From Eledone cirrhosa (Eukaryota), in contig OZ024742.1 in the NCBI GenBank assembly GCA_964016885.1, positions 325,376,001 through 325,440,000 of the forward strand: a DNA stretch of 64,000 nucleotides. The letters are read 5' to 3'. This document shows positions 16,403-29,620 of the stretch, one piece after another. Under the pieces are notes generated by a model, which was given only the letters and a program-made list of their open reading frames with translations, did not search any database and had not been told where the DNA came from. Within the stretch, counting starts at the first letter, position 1, and each line of letters opens with the position of its first letter. The translations under genes and the position numbers were made by a program.

Positions 16403-17614
16403 TTTATTCTTTTCAATAAGATTCTCTGTACGTATATCTCGTATATTAATTTGATCATGTTTTTAATTTCTCATATGTCATGCCTTTACCCAAGTAATGG
16501 AAATGCAGACAAATGATAGATACGCAGCAGAGTTTATTCAAATGTAGTTACAAATAACTGAAACTTTCTTTCAGAATTTAGTGAATGATTTCCATGACTT
16601 TTACACCCCAAGATGGCAAATTTTCATATGTTGAATAATTTTTACCATAACAATCTATTATCTTTTTTCTTGGTCTATTATGTATGAGGAATATCAAGCA
16701 TTCAGTATTTCCATTGCGATTTGCTCCATCATTTCATGTTGCTTTAAAAGGTTACGCTATATTTTCTCACGTGTTTCGTATTTGCTTTAAGCCACTCCAG
16801 TATATCTACACAGTGAGAGATATATTTATTTCATATACTTCATAATGCGGTAGTATATGTCATAAAAGTACATGATGTTGCTAACGTACCCTTTCGTACG
16901 TCAGTGTCAATTTTATATACGAACATGAGTGTGACTCATTGGTATAGTTAGAGCGTCGTATAAAATATGTGATGCGTTTGGCTATTACTCGTTATGCATT
17001 CTGAGTATAAATACCGTCGTGATCAAGTTTGTATTTTATCCTTCCGTTGATAAAATAAGAAAGAATCAAACATTGCTGCCGATTTCATCGGCATTCCACT
17101 CACTTCATAATGTTCTTCTGCCTAAATAAGAAACTATTATTGCCGATTAGTTTGTGTAGGCTCTGTTCCGGTCTCATCATGCAGATCAATGAGCAGAGTC
17201 ATTTTCAGAGAAGACCAAGTGTTTCTGCATTTTTCGAAGGAAATATTTACCAGTAAAACATAATCAAATGTTATCATGTACCACGTTCAGCACGCCACAG
17301 CTAGGGAGAGATTTTATATTGCATTAATTTCTATCAAGTGAAGTGCAAACACGTGCAATACCACGTTATTTCATTACTGTTTTAATTTGCCTGACCCCCT
17401 CTCTCTCCATTTCTTCATTGTACTTTTGCAAACATCGTATAAATATATGGTATTGTGTGGTCGCGTATCTCCTCCGAGAGTCGCAGGTGCATCGTCTTGA
17501 CTTACGCGTACTGCGTTTCTTGGGCAATTTAACCTAGGCGGAGCCAATCTTGCTCAAGGCCTGTGTACAACAGATATCTTCCAGAGAATGATAGAAAGTA
17601 AAAAAGAGGAAGCG

Positions 17615-17793
17615 AGAAAGTGATATACAGGAAGAATCGATTCCGGTACTTGACTGGTACTTTATGGTTGACCTCAAAATGATGAAAGACAAATATGATT
17701 TCAGTGGGATTTGAACTCAGAGTGCAGAGTGCCGGACCCAATTCAACCAAAGCATTCCATCTGACGTGCTAACTCCTCTGCGTATTCACCCCC
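17615..17793 (-). mobile_element. Diverged SINE-A-like copy
   Basis: GGGATTTGAACTCAGA (B box, minus strand) and GACTGGTACTTTA. Confidence 0.6.
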
Positions 17794-17799
17794 TTATAA

Positions 17800-17832
<33 letters not shown>

Positions 17833-17838
17833 TGTATG

Positions 17839-17867
<29 letters not shown>

Positions 17868-17869
<2 letters not shown>

Positions 17870-18180
17870 TCCGATGGCGCGGTTAAACCACTGGGAGTGA
17901 AGGACCCCTATCCTTTGTCAGGGCATTGTTCTAGGAGAAGGCAACTCAGGAATCTAGGATGACTCCGACATAAAACCTGCGGCTCAGTATTTACAGATAT
18001 GTTGATCTTTTCTTCATTTGGGGTTACAGCTACTGTCGCTCAGAGAGTGGGATTGGCTCAGTGCACAATCTTTACTCACTTAAAAAAAATGTGGCATTGT
18101 ACGATAGCATTAATTGATAATTATTAATCATTTTATATCATGCAATGGCCATACTCGATAACGAGGGGGCAGCCATCATC
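17868..18180 (+). mobile_element. Short non-autonomous RTE-derived (bipartite 5'+3') element
   Basis: Ends in the same ~35-nt 3' terminus as the adjacent RTE (18144-18179 matches 20444-20479). The 5' part has an RTE-5'UTR-like motif CTAGGAGAAGGCAACTC...AAACC. Flanked by (TATG)n on both sides. Confidence 0.65.
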
Positions 18181-18248
18181 TTGTATGTATGTATGTATGT
18201 ATGTATGTATGTATGTATGTATGTATGTATGTATGTATGTATGTATAT

Positions 18249-20133
18249 GGTGGTGAGAGACTCCTGCAACATCTTCACTCTTTGTTTGGCAGGATATGGG
18301 CTAATGAAACCGTACCTGAGGAGTGGAGAGATGCAGTAATGGTGGTCCTGTAGAAGGGAAAGGGTAACAGGAACGATTGTGGGAACTACAGATGTATATC
18401 ATTGCTTTCTGTCGTAGGGACAGTTTTATGTAGGGTGCTTCTGGACCGTCTGCTGACACACATTGCAGATTGTGTTCTTCCTGAAAGTCAATCTGGTTTT
18501 CGTGCTGAATGCGGCACTACTGATATGATCTCAGCTAGACAGCTCCAAGAGAAGTGCATGGAACAAGGCTTGGATCTGTATCAGGTTTTTGTCGATCTGA
18601 CAAAAGCTTTCGATACTGTTAACAGAGATGCATTATGGAAGGTTCTCCAGAAACTTGGTTGCCCTGATAAGTTCCTTGCTTTAGTTAGGTCTTTCCATGA
18701 CGACATGAAGGCTTGGGTTAATGTCGGGGGTAACATGTCGGAGCCTATCTCAGTAAAAAATGGAGTGAAACAGGGGGATATTCCAGCACCGACCCTGTTT
18801 GCCATATACTTCGCAATGGTTTTCTGTATTGTATTCAGGAATTGCGAGCATGGTGTTTACATCCGATATCGAACCTCAGGCAGCATATTTAACATCAGGC
18901 GCTTTGCTGCGAAGACAAAAGTATTTACATCAATCATAAGAGACCTTTTGTATGCAGATGATTGCGATCTTGTAGCGCACACAGAGAGTGATATGCAGCA
19001 CATTTTGAATGCATTTTCTGAAGCTTGCACTGCCCTAGGTCTGACAGTCTGTCTCAAGAAAACCGTCGTCATGTACCAACCTGCCCATGGTAAGCAGTAC
19101 ACTGAACCAAACAACTATGTGTATGGCAAACGACTTGGAGTGGTTGATCAGTTTGTCTACCTGGGAAGCACTGTCAATCGATACAGCAACCTTGACAGTG
19201 AAATCTCACTTAGGATTAGGAAAGCAAGTTATGCTTTCGGAAAGCTAGAAAGGCGACTCTGGGGTCGGCGAAACATATGCAGGAGGACAAAGGTAAAGGT
19301 GTACAGGGCATGTGTGCTCCCTTGTCTTCTTTATGCCTGCGAGACCTGGGTCACATATCGACACCACCTTAAGCAATTGGAGCGTTTCCATCAGATGTGT
19401 CTCAGACGGATCCATGGCGTTCACTGGAGCGACCACATCAGTGATGTCGAGATTTTGGAAAGATCTATGTGTGACAGTATAGAAGCTCTTGTGCTTAAGC
19501 AACGACTCCGTTGGAGTGGCCACCTTGCCAGGATGAAGGATTCTAGAATACCAAAACAACTCTTTTATGGAGAGTTGGTTAAAGGAAAACGACCGCCACA
19601 TAAACCAAAAATGAGGTATAAGGATTCCTTGAAAGCCTCTCTGAAAGACGCTAACATCTCTGCTGATACATGGGAGAATATTGCTGCTGATCGTAATACA
19701 TGGAGAAAGACTGTATATGAGGGAAAAGTTGCCTTTGAGGCATCTCGAATCGCATACGAGAAAGTAAAGCGGGTTGTCAGGAAGGGCATTGCTGTTGCAC
19801 TTCCAGACGGCGAGGGTCCTCCTATGGTGCTGACATGCAGCGTATGTGCGAGACTCTGCCTAAGCAAAGCTGGACTCGAAAGTCATCTTCGCAGTCATAA
19901 AGTAAGACCAGTGGTTGACTACCAGGCTGCTGTTGGAGATGCTACTCATCATGCTTGCCAAACATGTGGTAGAGAATGTAAATCAGCAGGAGGGCTCAAG
20001 CGACATGCAAAAGTACACGAACTTCAACCACAGCCGACTATTCCCAGTAAATGTTTTGGTTGCCGACTCTGTGCAAGACATTTTAGATCATTGGCTGGGC
20101 TAAAAAAGCCACATTCGATCGCATCGCTGTTAG
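18249..20133 (+). pseudogene. RTE ORF: RT plus three C-terminal C2H2 zinc fingers
   Basis: In frame from 18249 (GGERLLQHL...) with one TAG at ~18351. A +1 A at ~20102-20107 shifts the true end LKSHIRSHRC* (TAG 20131-20133). The listed 716-aa ORF tail is microsatellite read-through. Confidence 0.9.
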
Positions 20134-20281
20134 TTGCTATCGTGTGTGTGTGTAGATATGCTTATGTGTGTGCGTGTGTGTGTATATATATATGTATATT
20201 ATTATTGTTGTTGTCATTATTATTGTTGTTATTATTATTATTATTATTATTATTGTTATTATTATTATTGTTATTAATGTA

Positions 20282-20316
<35 letters not shown>

Positions 20317-20329
20317 TTGTGTATATGTG

Positions 20330-20360
<31 letters not shown>

Positions 20361-20480
20361 CTTTTATTTATTTATTTTTTATTTTTTATTTTTATTTTAT
20401 TTTTATTTATTTATTATTATTTTTTTTTTCTTTCTACTCGTGTAATGGCCATACTCGATAACGAGGGGGCAGCCATCATG
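18249..20480 (+). mobile_element. RTE-clade LINE, 5'-truncated
   Basis: RT motifs NYR.ISLL, PESQSGFR, FVDLTKAFD, GVKQG and LYADD, then YLGS, LYACETW, LRWSGH and RIPKQLFYGEL. The 3' end GTAATGGCCATACTCGATAACGAGGGGGCAGCCATCAT is followed by a TATG tail. Confidence 0.95.
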
Positions 20481-21395
20481 TATGTATATAGTGTGTGTCT
20501 GTATGTAAAGTTCAGACATTTCATATGTGTCAACGCTACGACAAGAATGTGAAGAGTAGGAATTGGAGAAAAAAGTATCGTTACGAAAAGAGAATGTTTG
20601 CATCTACGCCAAAAGTTGTTATGATGATATTAATAGTGAAGATGTAAGTATACATGAATAAAAGCTATATCTCTCCTATTGCTACTGTGTAATTTCACGT
20701 TGATATTTATTCAATATTTCATATGTATACATATAATTTGTATTTTACTATTTGAAACTTTAAATCATACAAGCTGTTAAGTTAACGCAAATCCTCTTTA
20801 TCCAAAAAACTGCACGTATTAATATTTACCGTGAACATATAACGATACTTTCACACAACCTGATATCCATACATAATTCAGAAACTTTATAAAGTAGCCA
20901 ATTTTTTGAAATATAATATACTGTTCCTCTTCCGTTTATATGCTAATTTGTCGATCAAATAAATGTGTACCGCGACTTGCATATCAATTGAGAGATGTAG
21001 AGAACATACACGAATTGGAAATGGAAATTTCTACTAAGTCGCTGTCTAGCACGAGATTAAATAACTTGTCTAATCCAATTGCTTATCACAGTAAATTATG
21101 AATCTAATGTATCAATTCATGTAAGAATTACTGAAGTCAATGTACGCATGAGGAGTACAGGCAGTATGAAGTAAGTATCTATACAGCTATACACTAATAC
21201 ACGACAACAGGCAACATAACCAGCAATTGTCTGTCCGTTTTCAATATAACTCATTCAAAATGAAGATTATATGAGATTAAATAAATGATTAAGAGGAATA
21301 GATGACGCTGTTATCGTAATAATTTGATAAAACCTTAGCAAAATATCTATATATAACGCAGTCTTTTTTTATGTTTGTGCAATGTTTGAATCATT

Positions 21396-21586
21396 AAATA
21401 ATTGTTTCTACTTTAGGCACAAGGCCAGCAATTACCCAGTACATTACTGGTACTTTATTTTATCGACCCCGAAAGGATGAAAGGCAAAGTTAACCTCAGC
21501 GGGATTTGAACTCAAACCATAAAGGGACGTAACTATGCTAGAAAGCATGGCGTCCAACCCTCTACCGATACTGCCAATTCACCGCC
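21396..21586 (-). mobile_element. SINE family A
   Basis: Reverse complement of the 16219 copy. Confidence 0.85.
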
Positions 21587-21701
21587 ATTAAATAATGCCA
21601 CTTCGTATTTAGCAGAAGCTCCGCTTGCTTCAAATGTTCTTGTCAACCTGGGCGTTTATTGTACCAGAGGTTGATTAAATGGTAATAAATAGCACAGTAT
21701 T

Positions 21702-21798
<97 letters not shown>

Positions 21799-21980
21799 AT
21801 ATAAAATCAAAGAGGGTTTGGTAAGATACCAGGTGGACCATACTTCGGGTAGTAGAGAGGGTATTATCAAAAGATTCAGGACTCCGACGGCTGAGCTCCG
21901 ACCATTTCGACAGTTCGGATCTAGCTGTCGAAACTGCCGGAGCTCAGCCGTCGGGGTCCTGAATATTTTCATACACACAC

Positions 21981-22057
<77 letters not shown>

Positions 22058-22061
<4 letters not shown>

Positions 22062-22440
22062 TTGCGAGCTTTTCTGATATGAAATCGTGTGTCGAAACAA
22101 ATATTGTTATACTTGGGGAGGGACATATTGTTGTAATAATATTGCCAGAATTAATAACAGAACACACTCACTGTTTGGTTGGTTTTCGCTTCTGTATCTT
22201 TTATATCAGTTAATTTATTCAGTCCGCAATGTTTACCGTTGACTGACCAACGGTCAAAAATATAGATATAATATAGACACAAACACATATATATAGTCTA
22301 ACAAAGTTCTTTCGTTGCACATCCGCAACATCATCAGAGGTGCTATTATGTTTCCTCCTGCTGTATTGTATGCCTATGCCAACTTTATTTAATCTGTTTA
22401 TTTATTTATTTATTTATTTATTTTTGTCTTCTTCTCTGCG
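22058..22440. repeat. Dispersed family G; also 2263-2990 (split by TA tract and SINE), 22921-23300, 30165-30306, 55600-55947
   Basis: Shared ATATTGTTATACTTGGGGAGGG..TTGCCA.. and a CTGA(T/A)GA-hairpin-GAAA motif on the opposite strand. Confidence 0.75.
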
Positions 22441-22647
22441 CATGCGTTTGCGTGTGTGTATAGTGTTTGATGTGTGTTCGCGTTTGGGTGACTGTGTTTT
22501 GGTTATTGTATTCTATCTTAGTTTACTAGTGTGTGTTTATATGTGTTTGTTGTTATTGTGCTTGTGTATATATTTATTTATTTATTTATTTATATTTCTC
22601 TTAGGTCAGTATTGTTTGTTTGGGTGTTGTTGTTATTCCATTCATTT

Positions 22648-22726
<79 letters not shown>

Positions 22727-23422
22727 TATTTAGAGTTTAAACTCAAACAGCCATTTACAATTAATTAGCTCAAAGAAAGAAGCATTTCTGAGCCGTGAAA
22801 TACAAGTTAATATAAAATAATATATGATAAACACGTAAGTGTTTGCATTGTAAAAGACGAAGTTAGCTAGAATGTACTGGGTAATTGTTGGCCTTGTGCC
22901 ATATATATATATATATATATATTTCGTTTCTGAATTTGTTTAGCAAGATTCTTTATCTGAAAACGTGTGTTGAAACCGATATTGTTATGCTTTGGGAGGG
23001 TCATGTTGCCAATAAGAAACACACGCACCAGATGTTTCACTTCAATTTATTATAAATTAAATTTATAAATTTAGGAATTTATAAATTTACGGTTGGTTGG
23101 TTGGTTCCACAACCAGGCGATTGTGCATATAGTGTCAAAGTTCTTTCGTCACACATTCTGTGACCTCTTCAGTGACTGGGGATTCTTTTCTTTGTTTTTG
23201 TGCTTCACCTTTGTTCTGTCCTACGCCATCTTGTTTTTGTGTTTGCTGTGTGCTTAGTTTGCACATGTGTTACATCCGGGTGTCTGTGTGTGTTTATATT
23301 AGTTTATTTATTTGTTTATTTACATGTTACCTGCTGGTTGTTTTTCTATGTGTGTGTGTGTTTTCATTTTGTCCTTAATTGTAAGTTGTAATGTTGATAT
23401 ATATATGTATAAACATATATAC

Positions 23423-23598
23423 ACTTGTTTCTACTTTTGGCACACGGCCAACAATTATCCAGTACATTACTGGTACTTTATTTTATCGATCCCCGTAAGG
23501 ATGAAAGGCAAAGTTAACCTCGGCGGGATTTGAACTCATACCATAAAGGGCCGTAACTCTATCCTGCAAAGCGTGGCGTCTGACCCTCTACCGATACT
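23423..23598 (-). mobile_element. SINE family A
   Basis: Reverse complement of the family consensus. Confidence 0.85.
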
Positions 23599-23899
23599 AA
23601 TGCAGCCTAGTAGTGCTTTTTATGTTAGGTATGGGACATTAAATATTTGTGAGACGTGACGTGATAATTGTTTATTAAATTCTGACCGAGCTTGCGTTGA
23701 CAAGATATAAACGAATGAGTATTCATTCGAATTTTGTATGAAGTTTCGCGGGAGAAATAGCTGGCATTCGGACTCTAAAACATCAGGAAATCAGTATATA
23801 GCTTAAGTTATTCCACCCAACATTTCGGAGATACCCATCCCCGCTCATACTTAATTGATACTGGCTATGCATAATTTCTTCCCAGCTTGATGAAAGGGA

Positions 23900-24070
23900 T
23901 TGTCGTATATAGTTCTACAGGGTATCAAGAAATGTTCTGTGCCTCTGACTAAACCACCGACGGCACCCTGCAACATTTATGCGTGCACTTTTGCTAATTT
24001 CTTTAACTTTTCTGTTGCACAAGGTTATCGAGCTGGAAATATCAGTTATGTCCCCCTTGTTATGTCAACT
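23900..24070 (+). mobile_element. Possible decayed LINE RT N-terminal fragment
   Basis: IKKCSVPLTKP...FFNFSVAQG..WK..PL resembles LK.CA..L..PL..IFN.S...G..P..WK.A.V.P. Confidence 0.35.
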
Positions 24071-25180
24071 AATGAGAAGACGAACAGAAACCAATAAAAC
24101 AATAGTGGGGCTTTCTAAATTAGGCAAAAGGCCAACAAATTTGAGGGGAGGTGAACATTGATTATACTCTAATAATACTGCAAATAATTACTAATTTCTA
24201 AATAAAGCCGGCAATAATGGGCGGAAGAAAAAGTAAGCTATATCGACCACCACAATTTTCTAGTCACTTAATTTTGCGACCAAAAGGGATAAAAAAGTTT
24301 GAACTTAAAGGAATTTTATGTAGAATATAACTCACGAAAATATTTCTGACTAAATTCCCGTTGGTGTTGATTTCTCAATCAGTTTACCAGTATTGTATTA
24401 AATATACATGATGATCTTTCCACTTATAGATATCTGTGTAAAGGAATGCCACCTTTTGCCTATAGTGATAACAACTGCCTCAACACATCTTTGAAAACCT
24501 CAGTTGAATATTCAATGTCAAAGGCTTACCACGACGTTATTAAAAATGTGAGTTATTGCTTACATTAGGTGACAGTTTCATGTGAAAGAGGTCATATAGT
24601 TTTAGGGCCATTTTGCTTCTACTTTATTAAAAATACATTTTCCGTTTATGTATTTTGAAAACAGCACTGATTAAAAGCGTGCAATACATTTATTTATTTG
24701 GGTCTAATAATTTATTTTCGTGTCTCAGATTAGAAAGCAAGTCAGATAGTCTACGATTAATCAGCAAATTACTAATCAATAAAAGAAAAAAAAAATCAAT
24801 GAATTTCGGTTAGGAGGAGAAGGAAAATTAGATTTCCTTAGAATATTGAGAAATTATTTAAGCATCAATATAGTTACGTATCATGTCTCATTCAAACTTC
24901 CTGACCATACTATCCGATTTCACTTGATTACTAGTACATTATTTACACAAACATGAATGGAAAAATAAGTATTGTTCTGTGTACCAAGAGAGAAAAAAAC
25001 CTAGAGAGAGACACAAAAACATTTGTATGTTGTAGTAGTGTGTAACTGCAAACGTGTATTTGCCGCAGACAGAAAGGACAGTAATTTATATATATATATG
25101 GGGATATGTTAATAAATGTGATATGATGCAACACTGATTCCTCGTTCTTCCTAAAAGAAATATATATATATATATACATT

Positions 25181-25259
<79 letters not shown>

Positions 25260-25262
<3 letters not shown>

Positions 25263-26571
25263 GTTTACCCTAATCATTTAGCTCCGATTAGTTGAGCGCT
25301 CTATGATGTAACCGATATGGTGGAGAAGAGAGGAACCAACCAAGAGCTACCCCGGAAATTCCCTTTACCATGGGGATGAAAACCCCTGACACTGGACGGG
25401 CGTAATAGTAACTTTCGGCAGGATAAATACGCGGAAACAAAAAATAAGATAAACCCCTATTTTCCTGCACCAAATCGCATTTGAACGGAAGCCCCCTCAA
25501 TTCAATCTATACATGGACAGATGGACAATCATGTGGATCATTTTGCATATATGTACTCTGTGTTTTTGCATTTATTCACTATTGGTTCTGTTCTTTTCTT
25601 TTCTTTTGTGTACTTTATGTCTGTTTTTCTTTGATTTTGTTCCATGTGATGGAAATTATAACCGTGTAACAGATTGACTAATGCCTTGAACCATGTAGTT
25701 TGCCCTCCGTTATAATGTACTTCACTGTCGTTCAATATGTGGATAGAGTAACTGTGACACTAGAATCGCTCTCAGAACCTATTACTTAAACATCTCTCTC
25801 CATATTATTTACTCACTTCAATCTATATTTTTACTCAATCCGAATTATCACTTGAAAAATGTTTGAATTTAGAATTTTTTAATTTTTAATTGTTTAATTT
25901 ATAATCTCTGATATTTGATCTAGGATTTTAATTTTTAATTTTTATTTCCAACTTTCACTCTTAACTTACAATGTAAAACCATAGTACCTAGAATTAAGTT
26001 TATTTTCCCTTATGAGTTGATGGTCAGTCTTACTGTCAACGCTTAGTGAAAGGTAGTATTATGACCTATACAAACTAACACCCTCCCATCCCCTATGGCT
26101 TTCGGCTGACTGCCACAGTAGTGATGGGTAGCAGTAGACTTTGGTAGGGCATAGGTGGGCCATTGTTTTGGCGGAGAGGGTGAACTGACAGCGAATTTCG
26201 TTGAAATCTGCGGTAACTAGTGGTCAACTTCCTTCGGACATGCGCTTGCGCAGACCGGTGGGGGTGAATTAGTACTCACAAGGGAACGGATGATAAACCC
26301 AAAAGCACGAACTACATCCGTTCCCATGTCGATTCAATTTGGATTGCCTCGGAAACAACCTTATTATGTAGCAAGCTGTCTCATGATGACACGACACTCG
26401 CACACAGAACAGTGTGGCCAGTGTCGTCATTGAAATATATATCACAGCATTATTATTAAAGGACTTGAACATCTGAAACTACTTCGCTTTTCCTTATTCG
26501 ATATTTACTCCGTCACTCCTATGTGGAAAAAGTACGTTGAGTGCTTGAATTGAATTGCATTAATGTTTACC

Positions 26572-26576
<5 letters not shown>
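25260..26576 (+). mobile_element. 1.3-kb non-coding element with 15-bp terminal direct repeat and HHR
   Basis: AATGTTTACCCTAAT at 25260 and 26562, HHR at 26375, flanked by (TA)n. Confidence 0.65.
26375..26448 (+). ncRNA. Hammerhead candidate with G5>C core mutation
   Basis: gctgt CTCATGA [long stem II acgacact..cacac/gtgtg..agtgtcgt] GAAA tatata TC acagc. Perfect 5-bp stem I and palindromic stem III. Confidence 0.7.
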
Positions 26577-26661
<85 letters not shown>

Positions 26662-26678
26662 TATAAATTTGTATATAT

Positions 26679-26838
26679 ACATGGACACACTAGAAGAGGA
26701 AGACCAAGGTTAACGTATGTTGATGCCCTAAGGACAGACACTGGTCTGTTGGAGACGCAGGACATGGCAGCGATAATGAGGGACAGAGACCGCTGGAGAG
26801 AACTCGTCCATGGATCTCGAGAATTTTACCCGCCTTAG
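26679..26838 (+). mobile_element. Extreme 3' fragment of the same RTE family as 12511-12925
   Basis: [41 protein letters not shown] is nearly identical to the 12.5 kb copy. Embedded in (TA)n. Confidence 0.88.
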
Positions 26839-26919
26839 ATAGATATATGTATATATATGTATATATTTGTATATATGTATATATCTGTATATATATATGT
26901 ATATATATAAATTTGTATG

Positions 26920-26962
<43 letters not shown>

Positions 26963-26990
26963 TTGGAAACTCTGCTTCGTAGAATCGAGA

Positions 26991-27081
26991 CGTATCTGAT
27001 GACCTTGCGATTTCAGAGTCAGGTTCGATCATTACATCGATCGGGCCTCCAGCTGGTCGCCAGAGAAACGATTGTAATATG
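26991..27081 (+). ncRNA. Hammerhead candidate with extended stem II
   Basis: cgtat CTGATGA [gcga..aggttcgatc/gatcgggcct..tcgc] GAAA cgattg TA atatg. Confidence 0.68.
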
Positions 27082-27126
27082 CCTAATACATTTTATTCGT
27101 CGCAACACTGATTCTCCGTTTCTTAT

Positions 27127-27177
<51 letters not shown>

Positions 27178-29387
27178 GCGTGCCGAAATGCAATATAAGT
27201 ATATATAGTCTACTGATTTGGGCGGAGATTCCGATTTATTATTCAGTTAAACCAACAGTAAAATTCTTATTCCCCTGATCAATATTACTGTTTCGTGTAA
27301 TGTGTATATATTTCTCCCAATTTACTCTGTAGTAATTGTGGAGTGAGACATTTTACTTTGAAGTATTTCTAAGTGTAGAATGGTGAATATTTTCTTCGGT
27401 TATCTTGAAATATACAATCAATAAATTTGATTTTGAAATTTGTACAACCCTGACAATTTTGTTGTTCGTTTAATGCTGGCATAAAAGACTAAATATTGGA
27501 ACGAAAGCTAAAGAATTGTCATTCGTGTGTTTCATTACACCAATATATTTGTCACAGATTAACATTATCTATGCAGAGTAGAAAACGGAGAAATATGATG
27601 GCGCGATGAGAAACGCTATAAGTGCTGTTTTGATCGTATTACACATGACAAATTCGTCCAAGCATACTCAAGGATGAATATTACTGTAAGATAGACGGTG
27701 ATGCAACGAGCGACACACACGGACACTTTTAAATAACAAAGGAAAAAACAGGAAATTATGCAAATGTTGTATAGCCCCGGTGGACAATATGGCGAATACC
27801 TTATCCCGGAGACTGGCGAAAAAGAAACGCTAAAAAAGCCAGTCCACTGTACGACACTTGCTCTTGCAGAAGTAATGGCTATCGTAGTGTAGCTATGTCT
27901 GATTTATGTGACACCAGTGGAATCTTTGAATATAGTTATGTGTTATTAATTATGATTAAGTCTGAAAAGATCATGTGCAACGTGTAAATGAATAGTTAAC
28001 AGTCGATTGCATGATTATTAGTTATTAGTGCAAACGGGTTTTCATCTGATAATTGAATTCAGGCGAGGGTCACAAATACATTATGCTACAAGTTTTTACT
28101 TACCTATTATTTGCCATTTCACTATAGAGAATTTCAGCAAACCTTTGCACAATCACAATGTTCTAATTCACCAATCCCTGTTGTAAGGTGATGACATTGA
28201 TATATAATGTTGGTTGAACAGGTATCAGTTCTTAATGCTACCATCAACACAATTCATTTCCCCTACTAGTCAGGTATATTACGCTTCTATCCCGTTAAAT
28301 GGCAAGTTATGATTTAATTATATATATATATATATATATATGCGTGTGTGTGATGTGTGTGTGTATGTATATAATAATTTTCCTATTCGTAATAATTCTG
28401 TTTTCTGCATCGTCAAACGTTAATCTATATAAATTAATGCGAAACCACAATACCCTTGAGAAACACGGAATCTCACACATATTCAACGTTAAATGTGAAT
28501 AGCTTTGTCTTTGAAAAACAATATACGACATAGTGTCACAACACCACAATGGCGAGGTGAATTAATAACTAGAGATGTATGAATGGCTAGAACGTTCTAG
28601 TGTGGGAAAATAATAAATTCTTATGAATACGTAATTACAACGTCAAAGATGAAATTGAGTGCGCCATTCAATATATCATATTGGATCAAAATTACTACAA
28701 TACTCCTCCGCACCAACGGACAGTACAAAAAAGAATTGTCCATTCATGTTATACAAATTGAAAATGAACAACGACCTTAATTTTTAAACCCCTGATTATT
28801 GTATGAAAAGAGAAACAAATGAGATGGCTTTCTCATTCAATAAAGTTTTCGAATTAACGCGAGGGGAAAATTAGGAGATATAATTTTCGCGATTTTATTT
28901 TGATCGTGAATCAACATTTTGTCTTGAAACGGTTGAATATCAAATGGCTAAAAAAATTCCACAGCAAAAAAAAGACAACAAAAATTGAGCAAAATCAATA
29001 GAAAAGACATACCTTTTATTTATTTGCTTTGCCGTTGTGCTTCATCATAAAATCTTATTTGACAAAACTGATTGGTACGGTGTCATTTATATTCGCACAG
29101 GAAATATTACTTCGTCCCGTACATTGAAAGAGGGCTAAACAAAATTGTGACAGACGTGTTAAAATGAACGTTGCCCAACATACTAATCTGTTCACGGATA
29201 AAATAGATGATATCGTATTAGGAAAAAATGTTCAGATTTGGTTAAGTCCTATATTTAGATATGAATACACATACACACACATATATATATATACACACAT
29301 ACATAAATGCAAGCATACAAACAATACGGAGTTTGGATAGTAGTCAGTAACATTGGAATCTCGTCCTCAATGACATTTTACTAAATT

Positions 29388-29465
<78 letters not shown>

Positions 29466-29583
29466 ATTCTAACATAATTACATATACGCATAAATACATA
29501 CACAAATACACAAACACAAGCACACGCATACATACACATAGACACACAGACACACAGACTCACATACACACAGACACACATCG

Positions 29584-29620
<37 letters not shown>

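Noticed and set aside
20134-20552. Hydrophobic 'transmembrane' tail of the 716-aa ORF
   Set aside because: Read-through into 3' UTR microsatellites caused by a +1 frameshift near 20105.
27600-27700. YKCCFDRITHDKF resembling the RT motif DYxKAFDxVxH
   Set aside because: Too short and degenerate to call; possibly an ancient RTE scrap.
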